From the NCBI GenBank assembly GCA_030264375.1, contig JASCQW010000043.1, forward strand, positions 78,979,069-79,043,068: 64,000 nt of DNA. Reading direction: 5' to 3'. Positions within the stretch are counted from its first letter, which is position 1; the number at the start of each line of letters is the position of its first letter. The notes under the pieces were generated by a model. That model made no database searches, was not told where the DNA came from, and was given only the letters and a program-made list of their open reading frames with translations. Both the position numbers and the translations under genes were made by a program. This DNA comes from Carcharhinus longimanus (Eukaryota). This document shows positions 41,032 to 53,326 of the stretch, piece by piece.

Positions 41032-41387
41032 CTGCAAGAAATTAAAATGAAAGTAAGGGTGAACAAAAAGAAATGATGAACTGTTGAGTGTTAACGGTAT
41101 GGATTATCATTAACTGAAAGCTCAACAGTCTGTTACACCATCTATACTCACACTCTGTGGCAAGAAAAAGGCAGATAAAACATCACTAGAGAGTGTTTGC
41201 CAGCTTGTCTAAATTGGGTTTTAAAAAATCTCAAACATAATCACTATTTCACACGTACCCCCAGTCCGGATTTCAAAACATCAAAGCAGAAGGAAGAGAA
41301 AAGCAACTAAGAAAATGTCTAAAGTCTGGCACCAAACACTTTTTTTTTAAACACAGCCTGAGAAATCTCTTTTTTTCCCCCCCTCAC

Positions 41388-41575
41388 TTGGTTGAGTCAG
41401 GAAATATTCCAGGTATGAAGCTTCCCTGTAATGACTGACAGCAGCTTGGGCTGGCTATCAGCAGCGCTGTGTGGGTCTCCCAGCAAGTGTGTTCAAGAGG
41501 GAGGAAGGGCTGTGACTGCACTGCAGCTTGCGAAGAGACGAGCACACGGCAGGTGGGCGGGGAGGAGTAGGCATT
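41388..41575 (-). promoter_or_regulatory. Possible proximal promoter or alternative leader exon just upstream of the start-codon exon
   Basis: GC box (gtgggcggggagg ~41553-41565), AP-1 motif TGAGTCA at 41393-41399, and a donor-like CAA|gtgagg on the minus strand at 41388/41387. Sequence looks unique. Confidence 0.25.
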
Positions 41576-42354
41576 GTGCAACTCTACACACCACCCTGAG
41601 AAATTAGCTTAGCTTAAGGCAAATCGAGAGGCTGCAGAGAGCAAAAATCTCACCCTGAACGTGGAGCAGCAACATGCTCTGCTTAAAGGCTGCTGCAGTG
41701 GCTAAACATGAAGTCATTCTTACATTTGGATGACCAGTTTGGTTACAATTAAACAGGCTCATTACAGAATGATCCCTCCCCCTGAAGCTGCTTCCCTTTT
41801 CAACAAGGCATCTAAAAATAAAAGCACTGCGTGACACAGATGAACATATTCTATCATTTTAAACGATTTAAATTTGATTTTCAATATCTGAACTGAGAAA
41901 TTATTTCTGGAAGCGTTTGATAATTTTGACACTTGTTCAGGAGTACTCTTCCAGCTGGAGAATAGGGGCACTGGCTTTGCAAGCCACAACTGCTGACCGC
42001 TGTGCTGTTTAGCAGCGGAAATGTTCTTATCAGGGACATGCAGATGATCCCTAGAATTGTGGCTAACCACACAAGTAAAAAGGATTGCTGTTCTCAGATG
42101 CATTCTGTTGTAAATTCTTTCCAATTTCTAATCCACACTACAACATTGTAGCATAATAGTATAATAGCAACTCAGATAACAAAAGGAACTATTTCCATTT
42201 TTAAATCTTTTTCAATGGTTTTTGAATTACTGAAACAAGGTGACTTATTTTATTTCTTCTATTGATTACAAGCAATTTATAGATTTTTTGAGACAACTTT
42301 TGCACATTTCAGACCTTTAATCTGTCCCAACTCTCTTCCCTTTACCTCTTCTAT

Positions 42355-42755
42355 TAATTCATCTACGAATTTGGTAGCAGTCACCAAAACTAGGCTGGCC
42401 AGCGTTTATTGCCCCTTCTCAGTTGCCTCTGAAAAGGTGGTGGTGACAACTGAGTGGCTTGCTAGGCTATTTCAGAGGGCAGTTGAGAATCAACCACATT
42501 GCAGTGGCTCTGGAGTCACACATAGGCCAAACCGGGTAAGGACGGCAGATTTCCTTCCCTAAAAGGCCATTCGTCAGCCAGATGGATTTTTCCGAGAATC
42601 ATTTCATGGTCATCAGTAGATCCTCAACTCCAGATTTTTTTTATTGAATTCAAATTCCATCATCTGCCAGGGCAGGAATTGAACCCGGTCCCCAGAACAT
42701 TAGCTGAGTTTTGTATTAGTAGTCTAGCAATAGTACCACTGAGCCATCGCCTCCT
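42355..42755 (-). mobile_element. tRNA-head SINE with LINE-derived tail (second family); related pieces at 5510-5700 and 53635-53880
   Basis: ggctggccagcgtttattgccc...tctggagtcacacataggcca...ggcagatttccttccctaaa is shared with 5540-5680. Head gaattgaacccgg...ccactgagccatcgcctcc. Confidence 0.65.
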
Positions 42756-42897
42756 CATAACCTATTAGTGTTCTTAGATAGTTATGTAATAGAACAAGGC
42801 TACAAAACAAAGTCAAGCTATGGCTTCCACTTGCTCCCTATGTCTTTTTGGGCCACTGCTACAGAATCTCTCCCTCCCATAAGAAGCTCTCTTGCCA

Positions 42898-43013
42898 GTA
42901 CATGCAAACTCCGCAGAGAAGGTGCAAACTCTACAGAGTCACCCAAGCAGAGAATCGAACCCGGATCCTTGATGCTGTGAGGCAGCAGTGCTAACCACTG
43001 TGCCACCATGCCG
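42898..43013 (-). mobile_element. HE1-type SINE head
   Basis: gaatcgaacccggatcc...gcagcagtgctaaccactgtgccaccatgcc. Confidence 0.8.
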
Positions 43014-43399
43014 GCCTCATCTGAAGAGCCTGTTAACAGTTGCTGCACATTCCCGGGGTTCATTTGTCTCTGACTAATCTTCCAATCTTGCTGCCTGCCC
43101 GATCTGCTAAAAATGCCTCTGTCCACATTCCTTTTGTGTGTTGTACTGACGCCTGAGCCCCAGCTTGGAACAATCTAGAAAGGCTGCACTCAGAGTCCTT
43201 CCCCACTTTGTCACACTACAGAATGTCCCCCCTTGACATTCCTGGAAATGACTGCTTCCCCAGAAGTTTTCTTTTTAAAAATCAGTGGACATTAGATTCA
43301 AAGAAGTGTATTTTTCTGGGAAACAAATACCAGCAAAGCCCAGGAGCTTATCCACACACAACACTTCAGCATAATTTACCCACAATGTGGTGGATAAAT

Positions 43400-44780
43400 T
43401 GTTGGGAGGTATTTTGAGAGATAGGATCGACAGGCATTCAGAGGTGCAAGGACCGATTAGGGACAGTCAGCATAGCTTAGTGAGTGGAAAATCATGTTTC
43501 ACAAAGTTAATTGAGGTATTTTTGAAGGGGTAACCAAGAAGGTTGTTGAGGACAATGTAGTTGATGCTGTCTACATGGACTTTAGCCAGGCCTTTGATAA
43601 GATACCGCATGGTAGGTTGTTGCATAAAGTTAAATCTCACAGGATCCAGGGTGAGGTATCTAAATGGATACAAAANNNNNNNNNNNNNNNNNNNNNNNNN
43701 NNNNNNNNNNNNNNNNNNNNNNNNNNNNNNNNNNNNNNNNNNNNNNNNNNNNNNNNNNNNNNNNNNNNNNNNNNNNNNNNNNNNNNNNNNNNNNNNNNNN
43801 NNNNNNNNNNNNNNNNNNNNNNNNNNNNNNNNNNNNNNNNNNNNNNNNNNNNNNNNNNNNNNNNNNNNNNNNNNNNNNNNNNNNNNNNNNNNNNNNNNNN
43901 NNNNNNNNNNNNNNNNNNNNNNNNNNNNNNNNNNNNNNNNNNNNNNNNNNNNNNNNNNNNNNNNNNNNNNNNNNNNNNNNNNNNNNNNNNNNNNNNNNNN
44001 NNNNNNNNNNNNNNNNNNNNNNNNNNNNNNNNNNNNNNNNNNNNNNNNNNNNNNNNNNNNNNNNNNNNNNNNNNNNNNNNNNNNNNNNNNNGTTCATAGC
44101 TCCTTGAAAGTGGAGTCACAGGTGGACAGAGTGGTGAAGAAGGCATTCGGCATGCTTGGTTTCATCAGGCAGAACACTGAAATCAGGAGGTGGGTCGTCT
44201 TATTGAAGTTGTACAAGACATTGGTAAGGCCACATTTGGAATACCGTGTGCAATTTTGGTCACCCGATTATAGAAAGGATAGTATTAAACTAGAAAGAGT
44301 GCAGAAGAGACTCACTAGGATGCTACCGGGACTTGATGGATTGAGTTATAAGGAGAGTCTGAATAAACTGGGATTTTTTTTCTGTGGAGCATAGGAGGCT
44401 GAGGGATGACCTTATAGAGATCTATAAAATAATGAGGGGCATAGACAAGGTAGATAGTCGATATCTTTTCCTAAAAGGTAGGGGAGTCTAAAACTAGGGG
44501 GCATAGGTTAAAGGTGAGAGGAGAAAGATACAAAAGCGTCCAGAGGGGCAATTTTTTCACAGAGGGTGGTGAGTGTTTAGAACAAGCTACCAGAGGTAAT
44601 AGTAAAGGCAGGTACAATTTTGTCTTTTAAAAAGCATTTAGACAGTTACATGGGTACGATGGTTATCGAGGGATATGGGCCAAATGCGGGTAATTGGGAT
44701 TAGTTTAGGAGTTTAAAAAAAAGGGCGGCATGAACAAGTTGGGCCGAAGGGCCTGGTTCCATCCTCTATGACTATATGAC
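43400..44780 (+). mobile_element. CR1 LINE, 5'-truncated (RT domain to 3' tail), with internal gap
   Basis: VDAVYMDFSQAFDKIPHGRLLHKV and LYKTLVRPHLEYRVQFWSP...LERVQKRLTRMLPGL are CR1 RT motifs. Tail ctctatgactatatgac. Confidence 0.92.
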
Positions 44781-45111
44781 AATCCAGCAAAGCACGAAAT
44801 AAGAACTAATAATAAACAATTTCTGCCATCTTTTATATATTCTAATTCCATTTTTTATATATTCCTCAAAGGAATTATCAAATCTTTAATAAGTCATCTT
44901 TTTTACAAATTTCCTCCATGAAGCTTAGTAGAAGATTCAAACCTACATTAGTGTCCAACTGATGGGCACCCAGCTCACATCACATTTTGCTTCTGATATT
45001 ACTTTAGTTTGGAATTGCCAATACCAAGGTATTTCCTTGTTTTTTTACTTTGGTAGGGGCATAATCCGTGCCCACATTTACACTTAATTTTTTTACTTGT
45101 CATAATTTTAA

Positions 45112-45392
45112 TGGGTGGCATGGTGGCACAGTGGTAGTGCTGCTGTGTCACAGAACCAGGGACTCGGGTTCAATCCTGGACTCGGGTGACTGTCTATGTG
45201 GAGTTTGTATGTTCCCCTTGCGCTTGTGTGGGTTTCTTCCCACACTCAAGGTGTGTGGGTTAGATTGATTGGACATGCTAAATTGCTCCTTAGTGTCAGG
45301 GGGAATAGCAAGGTGATGGGGCTTGGGTGGAACTGTGGTCGGTGCAGACTTGATGGGCCAAATGGCCTCCTTCTGCACTGTAGGGATTCTCA
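45112..45392 (+). mobile_element. HE1-type SINE
   Basis: gggtggcatggtggcacagtgg...aatggcctccttctgcactgtagggattc. Confidence 0.85.
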
Positions 45393-46899
45393 GATTCAGG
45401 GAATCCTGGTGGGTAATCATTCCCTGACAAGTTAGGCGTTCACCCATTCTTCACAAAGATCACTTGGGTTACAATCTTCTGTCTCAATCTTGTTCTTGGT
45501 TCCCAACCTTCACCTCATGGCAATTATGTTCTGCTACCATGCTAATTAATTATGAAACCAGTAGGAAGCCAGGCACCAACCTTTTTACTAAATAGTACTT
45601 ATTCATGGAACAAAACGTTACAACTGTTTGTCTCCTTCCTAACCAGTGTCTCAGAAGTCCCTCTTAATACTCTTATAAGAAGAATAATCAATAAATGAAA
45701 CAAGAATGAATATAAAATGCCAAGAAGAAATGTAACTAATTACATTAAGATATCATTCCCAGAGGTGATGGTGTACCCCAGCTCCGAGGGAGCCCACCGG
45801 TTGCGAAAGGTCTGAAGCATGCCAGCGGCCACTGCATGCTCCCTCTCTAAGGCTACTTAGTTGCAAATGTGGCCGTGGTACAGGGGTAAATCTCTCTTTA
45901 TATATGCTCAATCAATGCCCTGTGTATCCTCAATCTTGATAATACAATTAACACTGAATTGGAGTTCTAGCATCTCTCCAGGTTTCAGCACATGACATTC
46001 AATAAGAAAGGTTTGAACTCGTCACACAAACACTTCAACTTTATTTAAAACCTCAAAGTGCTCTATTTACACAATGCTTAGAAACCTATGTCAGACTCCA
46101 TATATGAATGATTCATGTGTGAGCTTTGCAAGTACTGTACTTCTAGTCTCCTGAGTACAGTAATGAGACTGAAAAGGACAGCATCATTTCTTGCAAGAGG
46201 TATGGATCAAGCTTTGATTTTGTCAGGAAAATCTGTCCTTAGCACAAGAATAGTAAACACTAAAACATTATTTTTGGCGGGGGGGTGGGGGCTGCTTCAG
46301 AAAGGTTTGAAAGATTTCAAATTTATGTTGACAGATACGAGGTGATAGACACAAAGGCATCTTCAAGTTAGTGGTGATGTTGCTAATGCATGCCGTTAAC
46401 CCCGGAAAAGTGTTATTCAGTTTGGTCCAAATAATAATTCCCTTCAAAATAAGTCATGTGCCATTTGATTGTTCCACATATATATCAGCATTGCAGATTG
46501 CACAAAATGGAGCAAACAGATTAGACATGCTGGACAAAAAACTGTCCAGTCATACTAAGGGAATCAATTTGTGTTGGAACATCTTAATCTGCTGAACTCT
46601 GCTTTTGTATTTTAATCAGTGCTCGAAATCAAGATTAGTCCTTTAAGCTAGTCTTTCTCAGATGAAGTGCTGAAATTGGATTATCTGTAGAGACATTATT
46701 CCCAACAAATCCAGATGCAATAGGCCCGAAAGATCATGGGCAGCGATCCTAGGAACTACACAGGGAAGGCACCCGTCAGGATTCTCCAATGTTGACTCTA
46801 CCTATGCAGGGTCAGTGGGACATTTCATTCATGCCAAGCCTTGGAGAGGCTGGAGATGAGGACACATCCAGCCTGGGAATACCGGTTCCAAATATGCCC

Positions 46900-47290
46900 C
46901 CTCCAAAAAAACATAAAAGTTACACTCAAAAGGCGCCTTTCAAAACCACCAGATGTTTCAAACTATTTTACAGCCAATGAAATACTTTCGAAGTATAGTT
47001 ACTGTTATGCTATAGGAAAAGCAGCTGCCAATTTACACACAACCAGACTCCCACAAACAGCAATATGATTGTGACCAAATATTTGTTTCTCAATGCTGAC
47101 TTAGGGATAAATATTGGCTTGGACGCCAAGGATAACTCATCTGCTCTTCAAAATAATGCCAATGGATCCTTTACATCCATCTGTGACGACAGAGGAAGGC
47201 CCAGTTTAAAGTCTCATCTGAAAGACTGCACTCTACAGTACTCTACTGCCTTGAATTTTGTGCTCAAGTACTTCTGACTCAGAGCAACAG
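46900..47290 (-). mobile_element. DeuSINE-like SINE
   Basis: ttacagccaatgaaatactttcgaagtatagttactgtt...ttgtgctcaagt, colinear with 51800-52250. Confidence 0.6.
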
Positions 47291-47591
47291 TTGAAACTAC
47301 ATAAATGCTTTCATAAGGAGATGGAGGTTCTGCTCCTTCTAAAGCTGCACAGAAAGTGGCACATGCAAGCCTGGCTTTTTTTTCCTCCATTTGGTCAGAG
47401 CTGTGGCAGGACAGTGCCTGGATTTTTGCTCCAGTCCAGAGTTTCAAAGTTCAATTTAACTACGCATAGAAATTACAACATAGAAATTACTTGCTCTGTC
47501 CAAATCAGCCATGTTGTTGTTTTTTCTCCACATGTACAGTAATCTGAATCCCATGTTCCATCTAACCACCTTTCTTTCTACAATAGGCCTG

Positions 47592-47729
47592 CAGGGCAGC
47601 ATGGTGGCACAGTGGTTAGCACAACTGCCTCACAGTGTCAGGAATCTGGATTCAATTCCCGGCTTGGACCACTGACTGTGCAGAGTCTACACATTCTCCC
47701 CATGTCTGTGCGAGTTTCCTCTGGGTGCA
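47592..47729 (+). mobile_element. HE1-type SINE head
   Basis: gggcagcatggtggcacagtggttagcac...ttcaattcccggcttgg. Confidence 0.8.
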
Positions 47730-48719
47730 GAATATTTTTGTTGACGGGTAGAATATGCGGTTTTAAACTCAGATGCAACAGAATGCCAAGGTTTTGGACA
47801 ACCGTGTCTCTTCTGCTTCCAACTGGTTTCCAAAGGACTTTGTGCCTTTCCCAAAGCCAGTGGAGCTGGTTTTGAGGACCTGAATTCACCAGTATGTTGA
47901 AAATTGGTTGAGATGGAGCTGGGATAAAACTCAAACGTCCTCAATCACTCTCAGTGGATAACAGAACATAGAAATCCCGGATTTGGTGAGTAACTAGACA
48001 CCGGATTTCAAGCCTGTGCAGGGGAGAAGCAGTGTGTGACTTGCGAGGGATCACACAGTAGTGATCACACAGGATTTGTTTCCTATCACATGGATTGTTT
48101 CCAAAGAACGTAGTTGCCTGAAGGGATGTAAATGAATGGGCTGCCTGTTGCATCTTAGCAAAACGTTTGCCTGCATTTACTACAAAATTCAAAGAGTGTT
48201 TAATGTTGGTTAGAAATTTACCAGAGGATTAGCTCAAATGCTTTAGTGTCCCTGTGGTTGCTAATATTCTGACAACTGGTATAACTTCCTATTCAATACC
48301 TGCCGCCCAGCTAACCTTCACTCAGGAAGAGGTGAGGATTAGCAGGAAAGTGATCGAGTCATGTTTTGCACTGGTGCCTGGAGTTACCCCACAGAATGTT
48401 AGAGTCTTGAAAAGAACAGTAGCCCTGTTTACAGTTGTTCAGGAAGGGTAGATCAGATCATAAAGGAAGTGCTCTGCATCATGGTCACAAATAGAGGTTT
48501 GCATGTTGAGATGAATATATCGCAATGCAAATGACTACTTCCATGCAGGACTGAGGGTTTATAAGGTAGCACCCAGCGGCAAACTCACAAACGGTGAAAG
48601 GTCTGCATTACCATGGAAAATTAGGTCAAAATCATTAATAGAAAAATATTGCAGTTGCTGGAAATCTGAAATAAAAAGAGAAAACATTGGAAAAACGCAG
48701 CAGGTCTGGCTGCATCCTT

Positions 48720-48965
48720 CACGACACACGACAGCGCAGAGTCGCTGAGCAGAGACTGATAGCCAAGTTCCACACACATGAGGACGGTCTCANNNNNNNN
48801 NNNNNNNNNNNNNNNNNNNNNNNNNNNNNNNNNNNNNNNNNNNNNNNNNNNNNNNNNNNNNNNNNNNNNNNNNNNNNNNNNNNNNNNNNNNNCTAACCCG
48901 AAAGCTAGTGAGTATATTATCAAATAAATAGGTTGGACTAAAACCTGGTGTTGTCAGACTTTTTA
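48720..48965 (+). mobile_element. Penelope-like insertion flanked by a 10-bp duplication (ctgcatcctt), nested in another repeat (48640-49025)
   Basis: ctgcatcctt occurs at 48710-48719 and 48966-48975. Internal ccgaaagctagtg...ggttggactaaaacctggtgttgtcagac. The host repeat matches 5320-5425. Confidence 0.65.
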
Positions 48966-50324
48966 CTGCATCCTTGGAGACAGGAACAGAGCAAATATTT
49001 CAAGTCCGACATGACTCTTCTTCGGAATGCTGGAATACCTCATACATGTGATTTAAACTGGTGAATGTATATTCATGAAACCAAACCATTGGCTTTGTTC
49101 ACCTTTTAATGCTCCACCCCACTCTACTGACTTAGCAGCAATTTCTATCAACCACAACTCATGCACCACATTCATACCCTCACCACACCCTCGTACACTT
49201 AGAACTGCTGCACGTTGCACACATTACCAATCATGACAGGCACCTCACCCAACACATTGCACTACATTCACTGATCCCCTTCCTCCTGCAGGACAAGATA
49301 GTCTACATGTACAGGAAGCGGCACCTAATCAGCTGCATGTTGTCATTGATGGTGCCCGTCTCATCCATCGCTGGTGCAGTCACGACTAAGCCTGTGACCA
49401 GGATTGAAACCATGGAAGGTGACAACATGCTTATTGCTAATTATCCTTCTCACATCCCACTTTGCCCTCATTCCATAATTTCTTACAAGCTGAAGATGCA
49501 GTTAGCTCGCCCCTCTTACTTTCCGTCCTTCTCGTCACTGCTGCTCATACCTATGTGTCTTTCTCCTTCCGCATATCCAAGAGTTGTAGTGGTTGAAGAG
49601 TAAGAGGTGGAAGAGGAAAAAGTGACAGAAAGAAGAACCGGTCGCTCATCTCCACAGCCACCAGTTCAGACAATGACACTACATACTTTACAGGGTATTG
49701 CTTCGATGTGGGATTCGCACATGGTGAGCCACTTGGCATGAGTGGGATGTTGCCAGGACAGGAGAGAAAAGTACCACAGATGCCAGCTTGCTGGAAGGCG
49801 AACTCACACAGGATTTCTGCTGCAATGGACTCAGATGAGGGCTTTGATGGAGTGATGTACAGTAAAATGCTGGTGGGCATGCACGCAGAAACGTTTAGAG
49901 CATTGCAAACCTATCAGAAAGACTACAGGCATTGTGGACCATGGAGGAGCTTAGCAGCAATTTTGCACACATCTTTACGTTGAACTTAGAACCCCTCCTT
50001 TTCAGTGTGGAATTGGCAATGAATTCCACTATCACACTTACTGACCAAGTCACAGTGCAGCATCAAAACACAGCACAGGTAGAATCCTGCCAACGTCAGA
50101 GTACAGATGCTCAGATTGTTTCCCTCATGGCCCTGAACACCAGTGTACAACGGAGTTTGTGATGACTCATAGCACTCCAGTCATCTGTCCTTCAACACAT
50201 TAGATTGTTGAGGTCTGGAGCTAGGCGATGTGATTCTATGGGAGCATGAAGCTGTATCCTCTCAGCATGACACCACTGACCCTCCATCAATGTGCCTAAT
50301 GCTGCTCAGTCGGTCAGCCCAATC

Positions 50325-50495
50325 TAATTTAGTTCAGTTATTAGTGTCACAAGTAGGCTTACATTAACACTGCAACAAAGTTACTGTGAAAATCCCCCAG
50401 TCACAACACTCCAGTACTTGTTTGGGTACACTGAGGGAGAATTTAGCATGGCCAATGCACCTAACCAGCACATCTTTCCAACTGTGGGAGGAAAC
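50325..50495 (-). mobile_element. SINE variant (V-SINE core with alternative tail) inserted in the Harbinger relic
   Basis: ttattagtgtcacaagtaggcttacattaacactgca...ttagcatggccaatgcacctaacc; same tail as 54640-54700. Confidence 0.7.
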
Positions 50496-50899
50496 TCACT
50501 TCCTATCTGACCCTTCCTATTCAGAGTTAGTGCAACTCAAAACTTTGTCTTCTAGAGCCACAGCCTTGTTTAGATGGCATCTGCAGTTAGCCATGTTGTA
50601 GCCACTGCGGTGGCACTGCATTGCAGCACTAGGATAGGAAGTGGCTAATGGAAGATAGGCATGAAGGGAATGCACAATATTAATTAGTTGAGTTTGGTAT
50701 GGCATATTGGACAGTTTGATTGAAAATATTGGTTTGTTTTGCAATGACTTTTGTTGTAGCAAAATGGCCAAATGGATACTGTAATGGTTAATAACAGAGA
50801 GAAGGTAAGGAGTGGGACTCTGGATGAATGGAAAACTGGATTGTGCTGCAGTCAGATGAGTTGATCAGGAAAAGCCGAGTGAGAAAGAGCCACATTGGT

Positions 50900-52390
50900 T
50901 TCTTCCTCCCTTCCTTCTCAGTTGTTAGCTGTATACCAATGCTGTGTTCTCGCCAGGATAGGGCTGTGTAGGATGCAACAGATGACAATGAATCATAAGG
51001 CATGTTTTGAAGAGTCTGCCAGAGCTGCTCCTGAGGAGTCCAGCAATGGAAACTTTACTTAAGCACGCCAATGCTCAGTTCAGTGCTGTTTTGCGTGGCA
51101 GCATAGCTCTTGTTACATGGTTGTTGCTCATGTGTGTGTGGATGGTGCACTGGAATCGTGTGCTTGGTGGTTAACGGATAGCTCTCGCCACCCTGTAACC
51201 ACCTTCTGGTTTCTCATTGTGGCTCTAATGCAGATGCCACAGTGGATTGGTGAAGAATAAAGGAACCCTGTCTGCAGCTAGGATACTGGGCATTGACTGG
51301 CATCTTGCCCCTGGACATAGGGGAAATCGGTATGGTTTTTTATTTGTGTTGTTGCACAAGGCTGCTTTAACAGTGCAATCACGTGATCACTCTGATATCA
51401 TTGGGTATTTTTGCGAGCTCTGTTTCAGTCGGGATCCAGTCCTTGTACAGCGAGCAGCTCTGAATAAACCTACTCATTGTTTTCTACAAAAACCACATGC
51501 AGCAACTCTTAATTCTGTCAACGTCTAAAGCAGCAGATACAACAGATACCTTTGTGGTTCTGGTATATATCTGCATTTACATATGGCTCCCACAAAATGA
51601 CAAGTAGGCAGTCAATGGCATCCTGAACCACCAGGGTGCCGGTCGTCCTGGCAATGTCAAGTTCTTGCACTACCTGCTTCCATCTAGAAAGAGAGAAGCA
51701 CAAATATTGACAGGGTATCAGTGGCCTCCCTTACTCTGTGGTGAACGCCTAACTACAAGAGGTTGCTGATGTCACCTGCTCCAGCCTGGAAGGAAAGGAA
51801 AAACAAAACTTACATTTACATCAAACACTTATCATGACTACCAGAGGCCTCAGAGTGTATTACAATCAATGAAGTATTTTTTGCAGTGTAGCCACTGTTG
51901 TAACGTAGGAAACTTTAGCCAGTTTCCATATATCAAACTCCCATAAACAAGGTGACCATCGTTTCCCTTTGTCATATTGATTGAGGGACAAATGTTGCCC
52001 AGAACACCAGAGATAACAGCCCTGCTCTTCTTTGATATATGGCTCTAGACTCCCTTCCATGTGAGGGGGCAGACAAGGCCACACTTTAACGTGTCATCGA
52101 AAAACAGCATTTCTGACAGTGCAGCACTCACTCAGTACAGCACTGAAGTCCCCGCTTTGATGTTTTGTGCTCAAGTCCTGGAGTGGAACTTGAACATGGG
52201 ACCCTGTTACTCAGAGGCAAAAGTGCTACCAACTGAGCCACAGCTGACACTGGTGAGGAGTCTGATGCAGAGAGATGCAGGCCACTTCTACAGGTCCTGG
52301 CAATGCTGCCCTCATCCAGCTTTGGGGCTGCAGGTCTGCCTGCCACAGGTATACATTTCTGTGACCATCTCCATCATCAATGACACACAA
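50900..52390 (-). pseudogene. Decayed PIF/Harbinger (HARBI1-like) DDE transposase
   Basis: Ordered minus-strand motifs: WQADLQPQSWMRAALP (~52300); SFQAGAGDIS (~51780); VVQDAIDC...YQNHKG (51550-51640); VNAQYPSCRQGSFILHQS (~51280); WLQGGESYPL...CNKSYAATQNSTELSIGVLK*SF (~51050-51200); IVICCILH (~50980). These correspond to HARBI1 GAIDC, NRKG, YPGS.HDS, LGDSGYP, E..FG.LK.RF and ACC.LHN. Contains stops and insertions. Confidence 0.85.
51800..52250 (-). mobile_element. DeuSINE-like (SacSINE1/AmnSINE1-type) SINE inserted in the Harbinger transposase
   Basis: L2-type tail (tacaatcaatgaagtatttttt...ccactgttgtaacgtaggaaa), core ttgtgctcaagtcctggagtggaacttgaac, and head ending ctgagccacagctgacac. Related copy at ~46900-47290. 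Confidence 0.6.
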
Positions 52391-52805
52391 GGTAACTTGC
52401 GTGCGTGTGAGCGAGAGCAGGAACATTTAGGTTGAAAGTGGCTCTATTAAGAATTAAGTCAGAGTGTCATCATGAGATGCCTCTACACATTTTGGGCACA
52501 CACTCGTAACAACAGTGTTAATGACCTGCTCAAAATGGCCTCAGACAGGCCACCACCAGGAGTACATACATGCAGCTCGGATGTTATTTCCAACTCAAAG
52601 CGGCACCTATAGTTCCAAAAAAACGGACATGGTGCAATCCAGTTTTACAGCCCCAGTTTCTTCCCGAGATTACAAGTCATAGTGCATCCAAAGTCATCCA
52701 GTTAGAATGAAATTGCCAACTCACGAGCTAGATGTGAAAAGTTTTGTGTGCGCAATCAACTTTAGGGAACATACCTGTCTGATTAGGTTGAAGTCATTTG
52801 AAGCT

Positions 52806-52923
52806 GGCGTGGGATTTTACAGCCTCGTTCTCCCCAAAATCGTAAAATCCCGCCTGGGGTCAACGGATCTTTCCAGTGTCTGCCCTGATTCCTATGGTGG
52901 ACGGAGCGGTAAAATTCCATCCC
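52806..52923. mobile_element. Short MITE-like element (GGGnnGGATTTT...AAAATTCnnCCC termini); related copies at 39392-39517, 63809-63921, 32832-32940 and 30297-30388
   Basis: gggattttacagcctcg...cgtaaaatcccgcc...ggtaaaattccatccc. 39392-39517 is approximately its reverse complement and 63809-63921 is colinear. Confidence 0.6.
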
Positions 52924-53326
52924 GTCTCAACACTCTGATGCCACAACTCACTCTCACACCTGAAGCTCCCGGAAGTTACAGCTACTGCCAATTTTCTTTT
53001 TTCAGCCCGTTGTGCCTATCCTATCTAGACAGGATCGGAAGCAACACATTCTTTTCCTCTATATACAGCAGTTAAAAATGACAATACTCAATGCAACCTC
53101 TGCTATTGCTTGTTTTTATGGTTATGAAGCGCCTGCATTTAAAACTACAGTAATGCACTGTGTGATGATAAACGGTGTCTAGACACGAGAGACGATTCTT
53201 GCACAGATGCCCTTTTCATTCAGGTCAGCCAAATGCGGAGCTATAATTAACAATCAAACATACACAGGGACCAGTGTCTTTCCTGCATAGGTCTTTTGAT
53301 TTTAACTGTTGCTTAAGTAAACTAAC

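Larger units (their letters stand above)
49080..52660. mobile_element. Harbinger DNA transposon relic (transposase on minus strand; probable second gene remnant on plus strand ~49290-50320)
   Basis: Transposase as above. The plus strand has an acceptor-like ctcctgcag|GACAAG and partial ORFs (49708-49983) converging on the transposase, as expected for two-gene Harbingers. Ends not resolved. Confidence 0.5.

Noticed and set aside
50900-52390. Functional HARBI1 host gene nested in the intron
   Set aside because: In-frame stops, degraded DDE motifs and TE insertions indicate a dead transposon.
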